A DNA stretch of 64,000 nt. Origin: Escherichia coli (lineage in GTDB: Bacteria; Pseudomonadota; Gammaproteobacteria; Enterobacterales; Enterobacteriaceae). Position numbers and translations under genes: made by a program. The stretch lies in assembly GCF_003790525.1 (NCBI RefSeq), contig NZ_CP033635.1. One strand, given 5' to 3'. Numbering within the stretch: position 1 is the first letter of the stretch; each line of letters begins with the position of its first letter. Shown in pieces: positions 11,237 through 20,954 of this stretch. A model generated the notes under the pieces. It worked only from the letters and a program-made list of their open reading frames with translations, was not told the origin of the DNA and ran no database searches.

Positions 11237-12428
11237 TAAACTCTCCTTGAATTTTTTGATTGCAGCGCGCCCATCCCAGCGGACTGCTTTCTCCGGCGCG
11301 TAGTTGCCTGGCGCTTCCTCTCACAAAATTCAGGCTGGATGGTCCAGGTTGCACCTGATAGTGGCTGGCTCCATCAGCGAATAGACAATCTGCATTGGAC
11401 ATAATTATTTGTTTTGGCAATGGCGCATCAATTACGCCGCTGTTTTTAAAGGCCAGATCAAAAAGTTGCTTGTCTGCATGTTGAGTAATTATTAACGACC
11501 AGCGCGGAGTCAGCGGTTGATGTTGAATCACAGCTTCAAGCGTTGTCAGGGACCAGGCGCGGCGATCGCCTGCTAATGGTAGCCGAAACCATACCAACCC
11601 CTGTAATCCATGCGGTGGTTGCTGTTCTAAATATTGAATGAAATCGGCAATTGTTTGCGGCGACACACTTAATTCACGCATCTCTTCGGCAACGTATAAC
11701 GGAGCTTCACTCTCGACGCGATTATCACTGGTGAGCGCAGAACCGTAAGCGGGCAATGCGATGAAAAAAGGATGCGTGGTTTGTCTGGCATATTGCTTTA
11801 CCCAACGCTGCGCCAGACTGGCATCTAACAGGCCTTTTTCGGGCGATAGCACGTTATGTACCTGCAAAACCGAAGTGTCCGCAATCCGCAATAATCGGGC
11901 GAGATGTGGTGATTCAAGCCAGGTAGGCAGGACGGTAATGCTAAGTTTTATATTTGTAGGAAGTGCCTGATGTAACGTACTAAGTAGGGTCAGATAGTCC
12001 GGCAATTTTGCTGTTGGCGCGTCATAATCAATTTCTACCCCTACCAGCGTAATACCAGCTTTTTGCCACTCACGTAGGGTTTGTTGAATATGCTGGATAA
12101 TTTGCTGGTTATTAAGCCGTGTAAGCTGACCTTCGAGTCGCGCGACCAGCCAGACCGGGCGACCATCTTGCTTAATAAGTGAAGTATTAACCGTAAAGTG
12201 TCGGATGCCTTCTTGCGGGTGAAATTGCATCCCGAGTACGCGAAGCGTAGAGAAAAGCGGGCGGCTTCGTTTGAGTGCCTCGTTATGTTCTGCCGTCCAG
12301 ACGCGTTGCCAGATATAGACTTGCTGATCAAAGCGAAGCGGTTGTGAAGGGGTAAATAAAATATGCAGCCCGTAGCCCAGGCAGATCAGAAGAAGTGAAG
12401 CTGCAAAAATCCTTTTGCAAGATGGCAT
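11223..12428 (-). CDS. Hypothetical membrane-anchored protein (401 aa); family not recognised
   Basis: ORF with N-terminal hydrophobic helix IFAASLLLICLGYGLHILF; first gene of an apparent two-gene operon; begins about 95 bp downstream of the kdgK stop. Confidence 0.7.
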   Translation of the reverse strand: MPSCKRIFAASLLLICLGYGLHILFTPSQPLRFDQQVYIWQRVWTAEHNEALKRSRPLFSTLRVLGMQFHPQEGIRHFTVNTSLIKQDGRPVWLVARLEGQLTRLNNQQIIQHIQQTLREWQKAGITLVGVEIDYDAPTAKLPDYLTLLSTLHQALPTNIKLSITVLPTWLESPHLARLLRIADTSVLQVHNVLSPEKGLLDASLAQRWVKQYARQTTHPFFIALPAYGSALTSDNRVESEAPLYVAEEMRELSVSPQTIADFIQYLEQQPPHGLQGLVWFRLPLAGDRRAWSLTTLEAVIQHQPLTPRWSLIITQHADKQLFDLAFKNSGVIDAPLPKQIIMSNADCLFADGASHYQVQPGPSSLNFVRGSARQLRAGESSPLGWARCNQKIQGEFNVIP

Positions 12429-12482
12429 ATTGTTACGGAATTACGATTATCAACAAGCTGATAGTATACCGACGAAACTATT

Positions 12483-12512
12483 AACGGAGAACGAATATCT
12501 ACCCGTTCTCCG
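12483..12512 (-). terminator. Hairpin (acggagaacg / cgttctccgt) downstream of kdgK
   Basis: Inverted repeat between the kdgK stop and the start of the 401-aa gene; no strong U-run, so termination is probably partial. Confidence 0.4.
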
Positions 12513-12522
12513 TCAAAAACCA

Positions 12523-13452
12523 TTACGCAGGCATCGCTTCACGCGGGATAATCGCGCCGCGATACTGAATAACGGTACTTGCGGTCAGGTGCCCGCGTTT
12601 CGCTGCGTCTTCCGCACTGCCGCCCGTCAAACGTACCGCCAGATAACCGGCACTGAAAGAGTCGCCAGCTGCGGTGGTATCGATCACTTTTTCTTTCGGC
12701 AGTTTTACCGCCGGAACATCCACTAACCCTTCGCCAGCAATGGACACCAGGCAAGAATCCGCCCCGCGTTTCACCACCACTTCTTTCACGCCCGCGTTAT
12801 GGGTGCGCGCAATGACGTCTTCCACCGGCTGTTGACCCCACAGCGCGTCTTCATCGTCCAGCGTCAGGAAGGCGATATCCGTGCATTCCAGCATTTGTTG
12901 GTACACCTGCTGTGTCTCTTCTTTGCTGGCCCACAGGCGCGGACGATAGTTATTGTCGAAAATCACTTTTCCGCCGTTGGCGCGGCATTCGCGCAGCAGG
13001 GAAAGCAGCTTTTCGCGGCTGGTCGGGCTTAAGATCGCCAGGCTAATCCCGCTCAGGTAGAGATAATCGAAATTCGCCAGCTCTTCACAAATCGCCGCGG
13101 ATTGCTCACTCTCCAGCCAGAATTTGGCGGCGGCTTCGTTACGCCAGTAGTAGAACGTACGTTCGCCGGTGCTGTCGGTTTCAATGTAGTAAAGGCCCGG
13201 CAGACGGTTTTCCATCCGTTGGGTCAGGGAAGTATCAACGTTCTCGCCGTGCCAGGCGTCCAGCATCTGCTGGCTAAAACTGTCCGTTCCCAGCGCCGTT
13301 ACGTAATGAACGGTTAATGCCGCAGGATCGACCTGACGGGCGATATAGACGGAAGTGTTCAGGGTATCGCCGCCGAAACCGCGCTTAACGTCCGCGCCTT
13401 TCTCGGAAAGCTCAATCATGCATTCGCCAATCACGGCAATCTTTTTGGACAT
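12523..13452 (-). CDS. kdgK: 2-dehydro-3-deoxygluconokinase KdgK
   Basis: 309 aa from ATG at 13452 (MSKKIAVIGECMIEL...), PfkB-family sugar kinase features (DTTAAGDSF); the ORF-track N-terminal extension is judged spurious. Confidence 0.9.
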   Translation of the reverse strand: MSKKIAVIGECMIELSEKGADVKRGFGGDTLNTSVYIARQVDPAALTVHYVTALGTDSFSQQMLDAWHGENVDTSLTQRMENRLPGLYYIETDSTGERTFYYWRNEAAAKFWLESEQSAAICEELANFDYLYLSGISLAILSPTSREKLLSLLRECRANGGKVIFDNNYRPRLWASKEETQQVYQQMLECTDIAFLTLDDEDALWGQQPVEDVIARTHNAGVKEVVVKRGADSCLVSIAGEGLVDVPAVKLPKEKVIDTTAAGDSFSAGYLAVRLTGGSAEDAAKRGHLTASTVIQYRGAIIPREAMPA

Positions 13453-13683
13453 AGTCGTGAACCTGATCTGTAAAAAATTAGCGTTAGTTTGCGCTGTGGT
13501 GGTTTGCTGGTCAACCATATTAAAACAGTGTTCCATTATTTTTTTGAGCCAGAACGTATTCCTGAAAGATTCCGTTGTGGAGTGGGGAAATTTACCCCGG
13601 CCAGGCGGTAAAGTTCTGCCCTTGCGCGCCGATAATCTTTGTCGAGTCCGGGCAGCATCACTTTTAAACACAGGACATCTTTG

Positions 13684-14451
13684 ATGATAAGGCAGGTTAT
13701 CCAGCGAATAAGCAACCCTGAAGCAAGCATCGAGAGCTTGCAGGAACGGCGTTTTTGGTTGCAGTGTGAGCGTGCTTACACCTGGCAGCCGATCTATCAA
13801 ACATGCGGGCGGTTAATGGCCGTGGAGCTATTAACGGTGGTCACGCATCCCTTGAACCCTTCGCAACGCCTGCCGCCGGATCGCTATTTTACTGAAATCA
13901 CCGTTAGCCATCGGATGGAGGTTGTGAAAGAGCAGATTGATTTGCTGGCGCAAAAAGCCGACTTCTTTGTAGAGCACGGCCTGCTGGCATCGGTCAATAT
14001 TGATGGCCCTACGCTCATCGCCCTGCGTCAGCAACCAAAAATCCTGCGCCAGATTGAGGATCTTCCCTGGCTGCGTTTCGAACTGGTGGAACACATCCGC
14101 CTGCCGAAAGATTCAACCTTTGCCTCGATGTGTGAATTTGGCCCGCTGTGGCTGGATGATTTTGGTACCGGGATGGCAAATTTCTCTGCACTAAGTGAAG
14201 TGCGTTATGACTACATCAAAATCGCGCGAGAACTGTTTGTGATGCTGCGTCAGTCACCGGAAGGACGCACACTCTTTTCTCAGCTTTTACATCTCATGAA
14301 TCGCTATTGTCGCGGGGTGATTGTTGAGGGCGTAGAAACGCCGGAAGAGTGGCGTGATGTTCAGAACTCGCCCGCATTCGCCGCACAAGGCTGGTTTCTT
14401 TCACGCCCGTCACCGATAGAAACGCTGAATACGGCGGTTCTGGCGCTATAA
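13684..14451 (+). CDS. pdeH: c-di-GMP phosphodiesterase PdeH (YhjH), EAL-only protein
   Basis: 255 aa from ATG at 13684 (MIRQVIQRISNPEASIESLQERRFWLQCER...); divergent from kdgK as in E. coli. Confidence 0.9.
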   Translation: MIRQVIQRISNPEASIESLQERRFWLQCERAYTWQPIYQTCGRLMAVELLTVVTHPLNPSQRLPPDRYFTEITVSHRMEVVKEQIDLLAQKADFFVEHGLLASVNIDGPTLIALRQQPKILRQIEDLPWLRFELVEHIRLPKDSTFASMCEFGPLWLDDFGTGMANFSALSEVRYDYIKIARELFVMLRQSPEGRTLFSQLLHLMNRYCRGVIVEGVETPEEWRDVQNSPAFAAQGWFLSRPSPIETLNTAVLAL

Positions 14452-14520
14452 GCTGCCTCATTTTCCGCCTGGCTGGACTATCTTTAGGACTGGCACAGGA
14501 AGAATATGAGGAAGCGAACG

Positions 14521-16581
14521 ATGAGCAAGGCAGGCAAAATAACCGCTGCGATTTCAGGGGCTTTCTTGTTGTTGATTGTCGTGGCGATCATTTTGATTGC
14601 AACTTTTGACTGGAATCGACTCAAACCGACCATCAACCAGAAAGTCTCTGCGGAGTTGAATCGTCCGTTCGCTATCCGTGGCGATCTGGGCGTGGTGTGG
14701 GAGCGGCAAAAACAAGAAACTGGCTGGCGCAGCTGGGTACCGTGGCCCCATGTACACGCGGAAGACATCATTCTTGGCAATCCACCGGATATTCCCGAAG
14801 TCACAATGGTGCATTTGCCGCGAGTAGAAGCGACGCTGGCCCCGCTGGAGCTGCTGACCAAAACGGTCTGGTTGCCGTGGATCAAGCTCGAAAAGCCCGA
14901 CGCGCGCCTGATTCGCCTCTCCGAAAAGAACAATAACTGGACGTTTAATCTCGGCAACGATGACAACAAAGACGCGAATGCAAAGCCGTCGGCGTGGTCG
15001 TTTCGGCTGGATAATATTCTGTTCGATCAAGGGCGGATCGCCATTGATGACAAAGTAAGCAAAGCGGATCTGGAAATTTTTGTCGATCCGTTAGGCAAGC
15101 CGCTGCCGTTCAGCGAAGTTACCGGATCGAAAGGTAAAGCGGATAAAGAAAAGGTGGGCGATTACGTTTTTGGCCTGAAGGCGCAGGGACGTTATAACGG
15201 TGAACCGCTCACTGGTACGGGAAAAATAGGCGGTATGCTGGCGCTGCGTGGCGAAGGTACGCCGTTTCCGGTACAGGCTGATTTCCGCTCTGGTAACACC
15301 CGTGTTGCTTTTGATGGCGTTGTGAATGACCCAATGAAGATGGGGGGTGTCGATTTACGGCTTAAATTTTCTGGCGATTCGCTGGGTGATCTCTATGAAC
15401 TGACGGGCGTTCTGCTGCCCGATACCCCGCCGTTTGAAACGGATGGTCGGCTGGTAGCGAAAATCGACACTGAAAAATCGTCGGTCTTTGATTATCGCGG
15501 TTTTAATGGGCGCATTGGCGATAGCGATATCCACGGTTCTCTGATCTACACCACCGGCAAGCCACGACCAAAACTGGAAGGTGATGTCGAGTCGCGGCAA
15601 TTGCGGCTGGCGGACCTGGGACCGTTGATTGGCGTTGATTCCGGGAAAGGAGCTGAAAAGTCGACACGGTCTGAACAGAAGAAGGGTGAAAAAAGCGTTC
15701 AGCCTGCGGGCAAAGTGCTGCCTTATGACCGCTTCGAAACCGATAAATGGGATGTCATGGATGCCGATGTTCGCTTCAAAGGGCGGCGCATTGAACATGG
15801 CAGTAGCCTGCCGATTAGCGATCTTTCTACTCATATCATCCTCAAAAATGCTGACCTGCGCCTGCAACCGCTGAAATTTGGCATGGCGGGCGGCAGCATT
15901 GCGGCGAATATTCATCTGGAAGGCGATAAAAAGCCGATGCAGGGGCGGGCAGATATTCAGGCTCGTCGACTGAAACTGAAAGAACTGATGCCCGATGTAG
16001 AACTGATGCAGAAGACGCTGGGGGAAATGAACGGTGACGCGGAACTACGCGGTAGCGGTAACTCGGTGGCGGCGCTTTTAGGCAACAGTAACGGCAACCT
16101 GAAACTGTTGATGAATGACGGGCTGGTGAGCCGCAACCTGATGGAGATTGTCGGGCTGAATGTCGGCAACTACATTGTCGGTGCGATATTTGGTGACGAT
16201 GAGGTGCGGGTGAACTGCGCGGCGGCGAATCTTGATATTGCCAACGGCGTGGCGCGCCCGCAGATCTTTGCTTTCGATACGGAGAACGCGTTGATTAACG
16301 TTACCGGCACGGCAAGTTTTGCTTCGGAACAGCTGGATTTGACTATCGATCCAGAAAGTAAAGGGATTCGGATTATCACACTGCGTTCGCCGCTGTATGT
16401 GCGTGGGACGTTTAAAAATCCGCAGGCTGGGGTAAAAGCCGGACCGTTGATTGCTCGCGGAGCCGTCGCGGCGGCACTGGCAACGCTGGTTACGCCAGCG
16501 GCGGCGTTACTGGCGCTGATCTCTCCTTCCGAAGGGGAGGCTAATCAGTGTCGGACGATTTTGTCGCAGATGAAGAAGTGA
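14521..16581 (+). CDS. yhjG: AsmA-family inner-membrane-anchored protein YhjG
   Basis: 686 aa from ATG at 14521, with GAGGAAG 6-7 nt upstream; N-terminal TM segment then a long periplasmic region. Confidence 0.85.
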   Translation: MSKAGKITAAISGAFLLLIVVAIILIATFDWNRLKPTINQKVSAELNRPFAIRGDLGVVWERQKQETGWRSWVPWPHVHAEDIILGNPPDIPEVTMVHLPRVEATLAPLELLTKTVWLPWIKLEKPDARLIRLSEKNNNWTFNLGNDDNKDANAKPSAWSFRLDNILFDQGRIAIDDKVSKADLEIFVDPLGKPLPFSEVTGSKGKADKEKVGDYVFGLKAQGRYNGEPLTGTGKIGGMLALRGEGTPFPVQADFRSGNTRVAFDGVVNDPMKMGGVDLRLKFSGDSLGDLYELTGVLLPDTPPFETDGRLVAKIDTEKSSVFDYRGFNGRIGDSDIHGSLIYTTGKPRPKLEGDVESRQLRLADLGPLIGVDSGKGAEKSTRSEQKKGEKSVQPAGKVLPYDRFETDKWDVMDADVRFKGRRIEHGSSLPISDLSTHIILKNADLRLQPLKFGMAGGSIAANIHLEGDKKPMQGRADIQARRLKLKELMPDVELMQKTLGEMNGDAELRGSGNSVAALLGNSNGNLKLLMNDGLVSRNLMEIVGLNVGNYIVGAIFGDDEVRVNCAAANLDIANGVARPQIFAFDTENALINVTGTASFASEQLDLTIDPESKGIRIITLRSPLYVRGTFKNPQAGVKAGPLIARGAVAAALATLVTPAAALLALISPSEGEANQCRTILSQMKK

Positions 16582-16586
16582 TGATA

Positions 16587-16614
16587 ATTGCCGGATGTCT
16601 GACATCCGGCAATT
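16587..16614. terminator. Perfect 12-bp palindrome (ttgccggatgtc / gacatccggcaa) between convergent yhjG and yhjE
   Basis: Read directly from the sequence; likely bidirectional terminator or REP-like hairpin. Confidence 0.5.
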
Positions 16615-16653
16615 AAACAGATTTAGATTGTTGGCAAAGTGTGCTTTGTTCAT

Positions 16654-16747
16654 GCCGGATGCGGCGTGAACGCCTCCGGCTTACAAATCCTTGCTAATTC
16701 AATATATTGTATGGAAATTCTGGCCTGATAAGCGTAGCGCATCAGGC
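16654..16747. repeat. REP-type extragenic palindromes (gccggatgcggcgtgaacgcc...; gcctgataagcgtagcgcatcaggc)
   Basis: Sequence matches the familiar E. coli REP consensus motifs in the yhjG-yhjE intergenic region. Confidence 0.6.
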
Positions 16748-16759
16748 TTTTCACTCTTA

Positions 16760-18082
16760 TTACAACGACTGATGTCGCGTCTCATGGGTCAGCAGCAGGG
16801 CGATTAACGTCAAGCCAGCCATCGCCGCCAGATATAGCCCCACCGCACCTAACCCGTAGTTAGTCTGCAACCAGGCTGCGATATACGGCGCAACGGAAGC
16901 CCCGAGAATCGACGATACGTTGTAAGAGAACGATGCTCCGGTGTAACGCACTTCTGTCGGGAACAGCTCTGGTAACAGCGCGCCCATCGGACCGAAGGTC
17001 AGCCCCATCAGACTTAACCCCAGCAGCAGGAAGGCAAAAACCAGAATCGGGTTGCCAGAACCGAGCAACGGGTTAAAGGCGAACAGCGCGAACAGGATGA
17101 TCAGCGTGGTGATGATTACCATGCTTTTACGGCGACCAAAGGCATCAGCCAGTAATCCGGCGACTGGCACCATCACGCCAAAACCAATAACTGCCATCAT
17201 CAGCATCCACAACACTTCGTTACGCGGCAGGCCAAGCCCAACTGGCGCGGCGGCGGTACTAAAGGTCATAGAGTAGACCGTCATGATGTAAAACAGCGTA
17301 TAGGTTGCCAGCATAATGAACGTACCCAGTACGGTTACGCGAACATGTTTGGTCAGCAGCGTACCCAGCGGGATCTTCACCTGTTTTTTCGCTTTAGCGA
17401 CTTTCTCAAACACCGGCGACTCATGCAGCGACACGCGAACATACAGGCCGATAATGACCAGCACCGCCGAGAAGATAAACGGCACGCGCCAGCCCCAGCT
17501 CATAAACTGCTCGTCGGTCAGTAGCCAGGAAAGCAGCAAGAAAGTGCCGTTGGCAAAGAAGAAGCCAATCGGTGCGCCCAGCTGCGGGAAGGAGCCATAC
17601 AGTGCACGTTTGCGCGGTGGGGCGTTTTCAGTCGCCAGCAGCGCCGCGCCGCCCCATTCGCCGCCTAAACCCAGACCCTGACCAAATCGAGCCAGCGCCA
17701 GCAGCAGCGGGGCGAAAATACCAATCGTGGCATAGCCCGGCAGCAGACCAATCACCACGGTCGAAATCCCCATCGTTAGCAACGAGGCGACCAGCGTCGC
17801 TTTACGCCCAACGCGATCGCCAAAATGACCAAAAACGGCAGAGCCAATGGGGCGCGCGACGAAGGCGATGGCGAAGGTGGCAAGCGACTGTAGCGTTGCT
17901 GCCGTAGGATCACCCTGCGGGAAGAAGATATGCGGAAACACAATAACGGCCGCAGTGGCGTAAATGTAAAAGTCGAAGAACTCAATGGCCGTGCCAATGA
18001 GAGAGGCGACAAGGACTTTATTACGCGAGTTGATCGGCGTGTATTCTTGCTCGTGGTCGAGTGTTGTGGCTGTTGCTTGCAT
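16760..18082 (-). CDS. yhjE: MFS transporter YhjE
   Basis: 440 aa polytopic membrane protein with MFS sugar-transporter-like motifs (GDRVGRK). Confidence 0.9.
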   Translation of the reverse strand: MQATATTLDHEQEYTPINSRNKVLVASLIGTAIEFFDFYIYATAAVIVFPHIFFPQGDPTAATLQSLATFAIAFVARPIGSAVFGHFGDRVGRKATLVASLLTMGISTVVIGLLPGYATIGIFAPLLLALARFGQGLGLGGEWGGAALLATENAPPRKRALYGSFPQLGAPIGFFFANGTFLLLSWLLTDEQFMSWGWRVPFIFSAVLVIIGLYVRVSLHESPVFEKVAKAKKQVKIPLGTLLTKHVRVTVLGTFIMLATYTLFYIMTVYSMTFSTAAAPVGLGLPRNEVLWMLMMAVIGFGVMVPVAGLLADAFGRRKSMVIITTLIILFALFAFNPLLGSGNPILVFAFLLLGLSLMGLTFGPMGALLPELFPTEVRYTGASFSYNVSSILGASVAPYIAAWLQTNYGLGAVGLYLAAMAGLTLIALLLTHETRHQSL

Positions 18083-18473
18083 AATCTTTTCTTATTTTTT
18101 GGCTAACGAATAGCCATATTACGCACAGCAAAAGTGATATTTCAATGTGTAACAAATCGCGGAAATGGTCAAAAATCAGGCAAAAAGGGGATAATGTTTA
18201 GGCCAGTGATTTTTCTTCTATGAAATGCTTCACATAATTTTATAAATAGTGGATAAAACTGGTTTCAGGTTAAATAAAAGTTACCAACTGGATTTATATG
18301 CTGGGGTTATGAGTTGGAATGAAATTGTTTGCTCCTGAAGAGATGTAGTTTCAGGTGGTTATGTGCATGTCATTGCCTGGTCTCTGGCTGGCTTGTACCC
18401 CCTCACCCTAATCCTCTCCCCGAAGGGGCGAGGGGATCGACCGTGCGTTTATCAGGCATTATAAACCAATGAA

Positions 18474-19487
18474 TTACCGCTGCGTTTTCCCCGGCATTCG
18501 CGGGTCGTCTTTATATTCGGCGGTGGCAATCCACGCCGCGCAAAACAGCGTCAAACGGGCGAAGAAGTAGAAAAATGCCATCAGCCCCAGCACGGAACCA
18601 AATGCTGCGCCAGAGGGGGATTTCATCAGCGATGGCAGGGTGTAAGTCATCACAATTTTAATCACTTCAAAACCAATAGCAGCCAGAAATGTTCCGCGAA
18701 TCAGGGCTTTTTTGCGCGGACGGTGGCGCGGTAACCGCCAGAAGATCCAGAAGAAAAGCAGATAGTTGGCGAAGATGGAAATCGCCAGGCCAATCAACCG
18801 CCACGTCGGTTTCAGCCACTCAATGCTGTTCAGGTGCAGGGCGCTAATAATCATTTGCTGCGCAGAACCGGCAACCGAGGTGATAGAAAGCGTCACAATC
18901 AGCGCAATCAACAAACCAATCAGCGAAATAAAATCACGCAGATATTTTACCCAGAACTTCTCCTGATCTTGCGGCGAGCGTTCCCAGACATCGCGCGACT
19001 GGGCACGAATCGCTTCACGCAGGTTACCCATCCAGTTGATGCCGGAATAAAGTGCCACCGCCAGGCCGACAAGCCCTACAGTCGTACGCTGCTGAACGGC
19101 GGTGTTGATGGTGTTTTTCAACGTGGCGGCTAGCGTCGGATCGCTGATGTTTTGCAGAATTTTGTCGAAGATATCCTGTAGCAACATCGGATGGGAGGCC
19201 AGCACAAAGCCCCCTGCGGCAAACGACACCATCAAAATCGGGATCATCGACAAAAATGAGAAATAGGTGATAGCCGCACCAAACTGGTTACCCAGCCGAT
19301 CGTTAAAGCGTTCTGTCGCGCGAATCAGGTGCGCAATAACCGGTTGGCGTTGGACTTTCTCGGCAGTAGTGGTGACGGTTTCCAGCGCCTGGCTAACTTT
19401 GCCGCCTTTCTCGCTATTATCCAACTGCTTAATCGGCTCGTGCTCCAGATCCTGGGTGGGACGTTTGATCTCGTTTTCCTGCGTCAT
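18474..19487 (-). CDS. yhjD: Inner membrane protein YhjD (YihY/virulence-factor BrkB family)
   Basis: 337 aa multi-TM ORF; position between yhjE and yhjC. Confidence 0.85.
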   Translation of the reverse strand: MTQENEIKRPTQDLEHEPIKQLDNSEKGGKVSQALETVTTTAEKVQRQPVIAHLIRATERFNDRLGNQFGAAITYFSFLSMIPILMVSFAAGGFVLASHPMLLQDIFDKILQNISDPTLAATLKNTINTAVQQRTTVGLVGLAVALYSGINWMGNLREAIRAQSRDVWERSPQDQEKFWVKYLRDFISLIGLLIALIVTLSITSVAGSAQQMIISALHLNSIEWLKPTWRLIGLAISIFANYLLFFWIFWRLPRHRPRKKALIRGTFLAAIGFEVIKIVMTYTLPSLMKSPSGAAFGSVLGLMAFFYFFARLTLFCAAWIATAEYKDDPRMPGKTQR

Positions 19488-19535
19488 CCGCTCTTTTGTC
19501 CTTCTGTCGTGGTCATTCTTAAAAAGTATAGTCGG

Positions 19536-20435
19536 TCAGTCCAGGTACTCTTTCATTACGCCAGCCAGCCACTGCATAAACAGGTTTACACGCCGGGAAA
19601 GCTCCCGACGCTGCGGATAAACCAGTGAAAGGGACAGCGGCTCGGCACGGTAGCCAGGCAACACTTCAATAAGCCGCCCGGCACGCAGGGCTTCGCGCAC
19701 GGCAATGCGCGGGATCTGAATAATCCCCAGACCGGCAAGACCGGCGGCGAGATAGTTTTCGCGACTGTTTACCGTCAACATGCCGCCAGACTTAAACCAC
19801 TGGACGCCATTAACGCTGGCAACCTCAAAACCTAACGGATGTACACCCAGGTGCGGTGTGTAACGCACTATTGCGTGCGAAGTCAGATCGTCGGGGCTTT
19901 GAGGATAACCAAAGCGCGTCAGATAGTGTGGACTGGCACAATTGACCACGGTCAGTTTGCCGAGGGGACGGGCGATAACGCCATCTTCCGGTAATGCGCC
20001 AGTGCGTATCACGCAATCAAAACCATCGTGAAGAATATCTACCGGACGGTCATGGCTACTCAGCTCCAGCTCAATTCCCGGATGCAGATAGAGAAATTCC
20101 GACAGGCGCGGCAGTAACAGGCTTTTCGCGATTCCTGGCGGGATGTCGATGCGTAATTTACCGCTGATACTGGTGGCATCCTGTTGAAACAGACCGTCCA
20201 GTTCGTTGAGATTACTCAACACATCTTTTGCCCGTTGATAATAGGTCATGCCTTCTGGCGTGAGTTTGACCCGCCGCGTGGTGCGCTGGAGAAGCTGGGT
20301 GCCAAGTTGATGTTCCAGTGCCTGTATCTGGCGCGAAACACTTCCCTTTGGCAAAGCAAAGAAATCCGCTGCGCGGGAAAAACTTTCCAGCTCAGCGACT
20401 TTGATGAACAACTGCATTGCGTGAATTTTATCCAT
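19536..20435 (-). CDS. yhjC: LysR-family transcriptional regulator YhjC
   Basis: 299 aa from ATG at 20435 (MDKIHAMQLFIKVAELESFSRAADFF..., LysR HTH). Confidence 0.85.
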   Translation of the reverse strand: MDKIHAMQLFIKVAELESFSRAADFFALPKGSVSRQIQALEHQLGTQLLQRTTRRVKLTPEGMTYYQRAKDVLSNLNELDGLFQQDATSISGKLRIDIPPGIAKSLLLPRLSEFLYLHPGIELELSSHDRPVDILHDGFDCVIRTGALPEDGVIARPLGKLTVVNCASPHYLTRFGYPQSPDDLTSHAIVRYTPHLGVHPLGFEVASVNGVQWFKSGGMLTVNSRENYLAAGLAGLGIIQIPRIAVREALRAGRLIEVLPGYRAEPLSLSLVYPQRRELSRRVNLFMQWLAGVMKEYLD

Positions 20436-20954
20436 TTCTTTGACCGATTGTTGTTCACAGCGAAACAGTAGCGCGCATATCGCATTGTTTATTGTTTTTT
20501 CTAACATCTAATGCCGGGTTTCACAATGTTGTCATGACGAATGTGGCGATTTCTCAGCAGGAAAAGGGCGGAATAGCTTTATGAGAAAGGTGAATTTCCC
20601 TAAACAGAACGTTTTTTTCAGCGATTCCCTTTAAAGTGAACAGAGGACGTGTTGGCTATTTGTGCTTATTTTTGTCTCATTGCCATTTGTTATTTTTGCT
20701 TGTGGTCGCGGAGTTTCATTTTTAATTGCATGCGTACTAACCATCAATATAAGGAAATCCTCAAAATTGTTTTAAATAGTGCCCTCGACATGTAATTTCA
20801 GGCGTTTAGCTGTAACTATTTATATCGGTAACTATTTTCTACGCGTCATCTCTGTAGAATGGCCACCGCCAAATGGCGAATTCTTATTTTTTCTCGCGGG
20901 TAATACCCTTCCACTACTTAAGTCTTTTTAACGTATTCAGGTGGAGATTCAGTT

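Noticed and set aside
12415..12726. 103-aa plus-strand ORF overlapping the kdgK 3' end
   Set aside because: Overlaps kdgK on the opposite strand; Arg-rich translation; likely spurious.
13453..13800. N-terminal extension of the kdgK ORF (425 aa versus 309 aa)
   Set aside because: The extension runs into the pdeH promoter and coding start on the opposite strand; the internal ATG at 13452 gives the canonical KdgK N-terminus.
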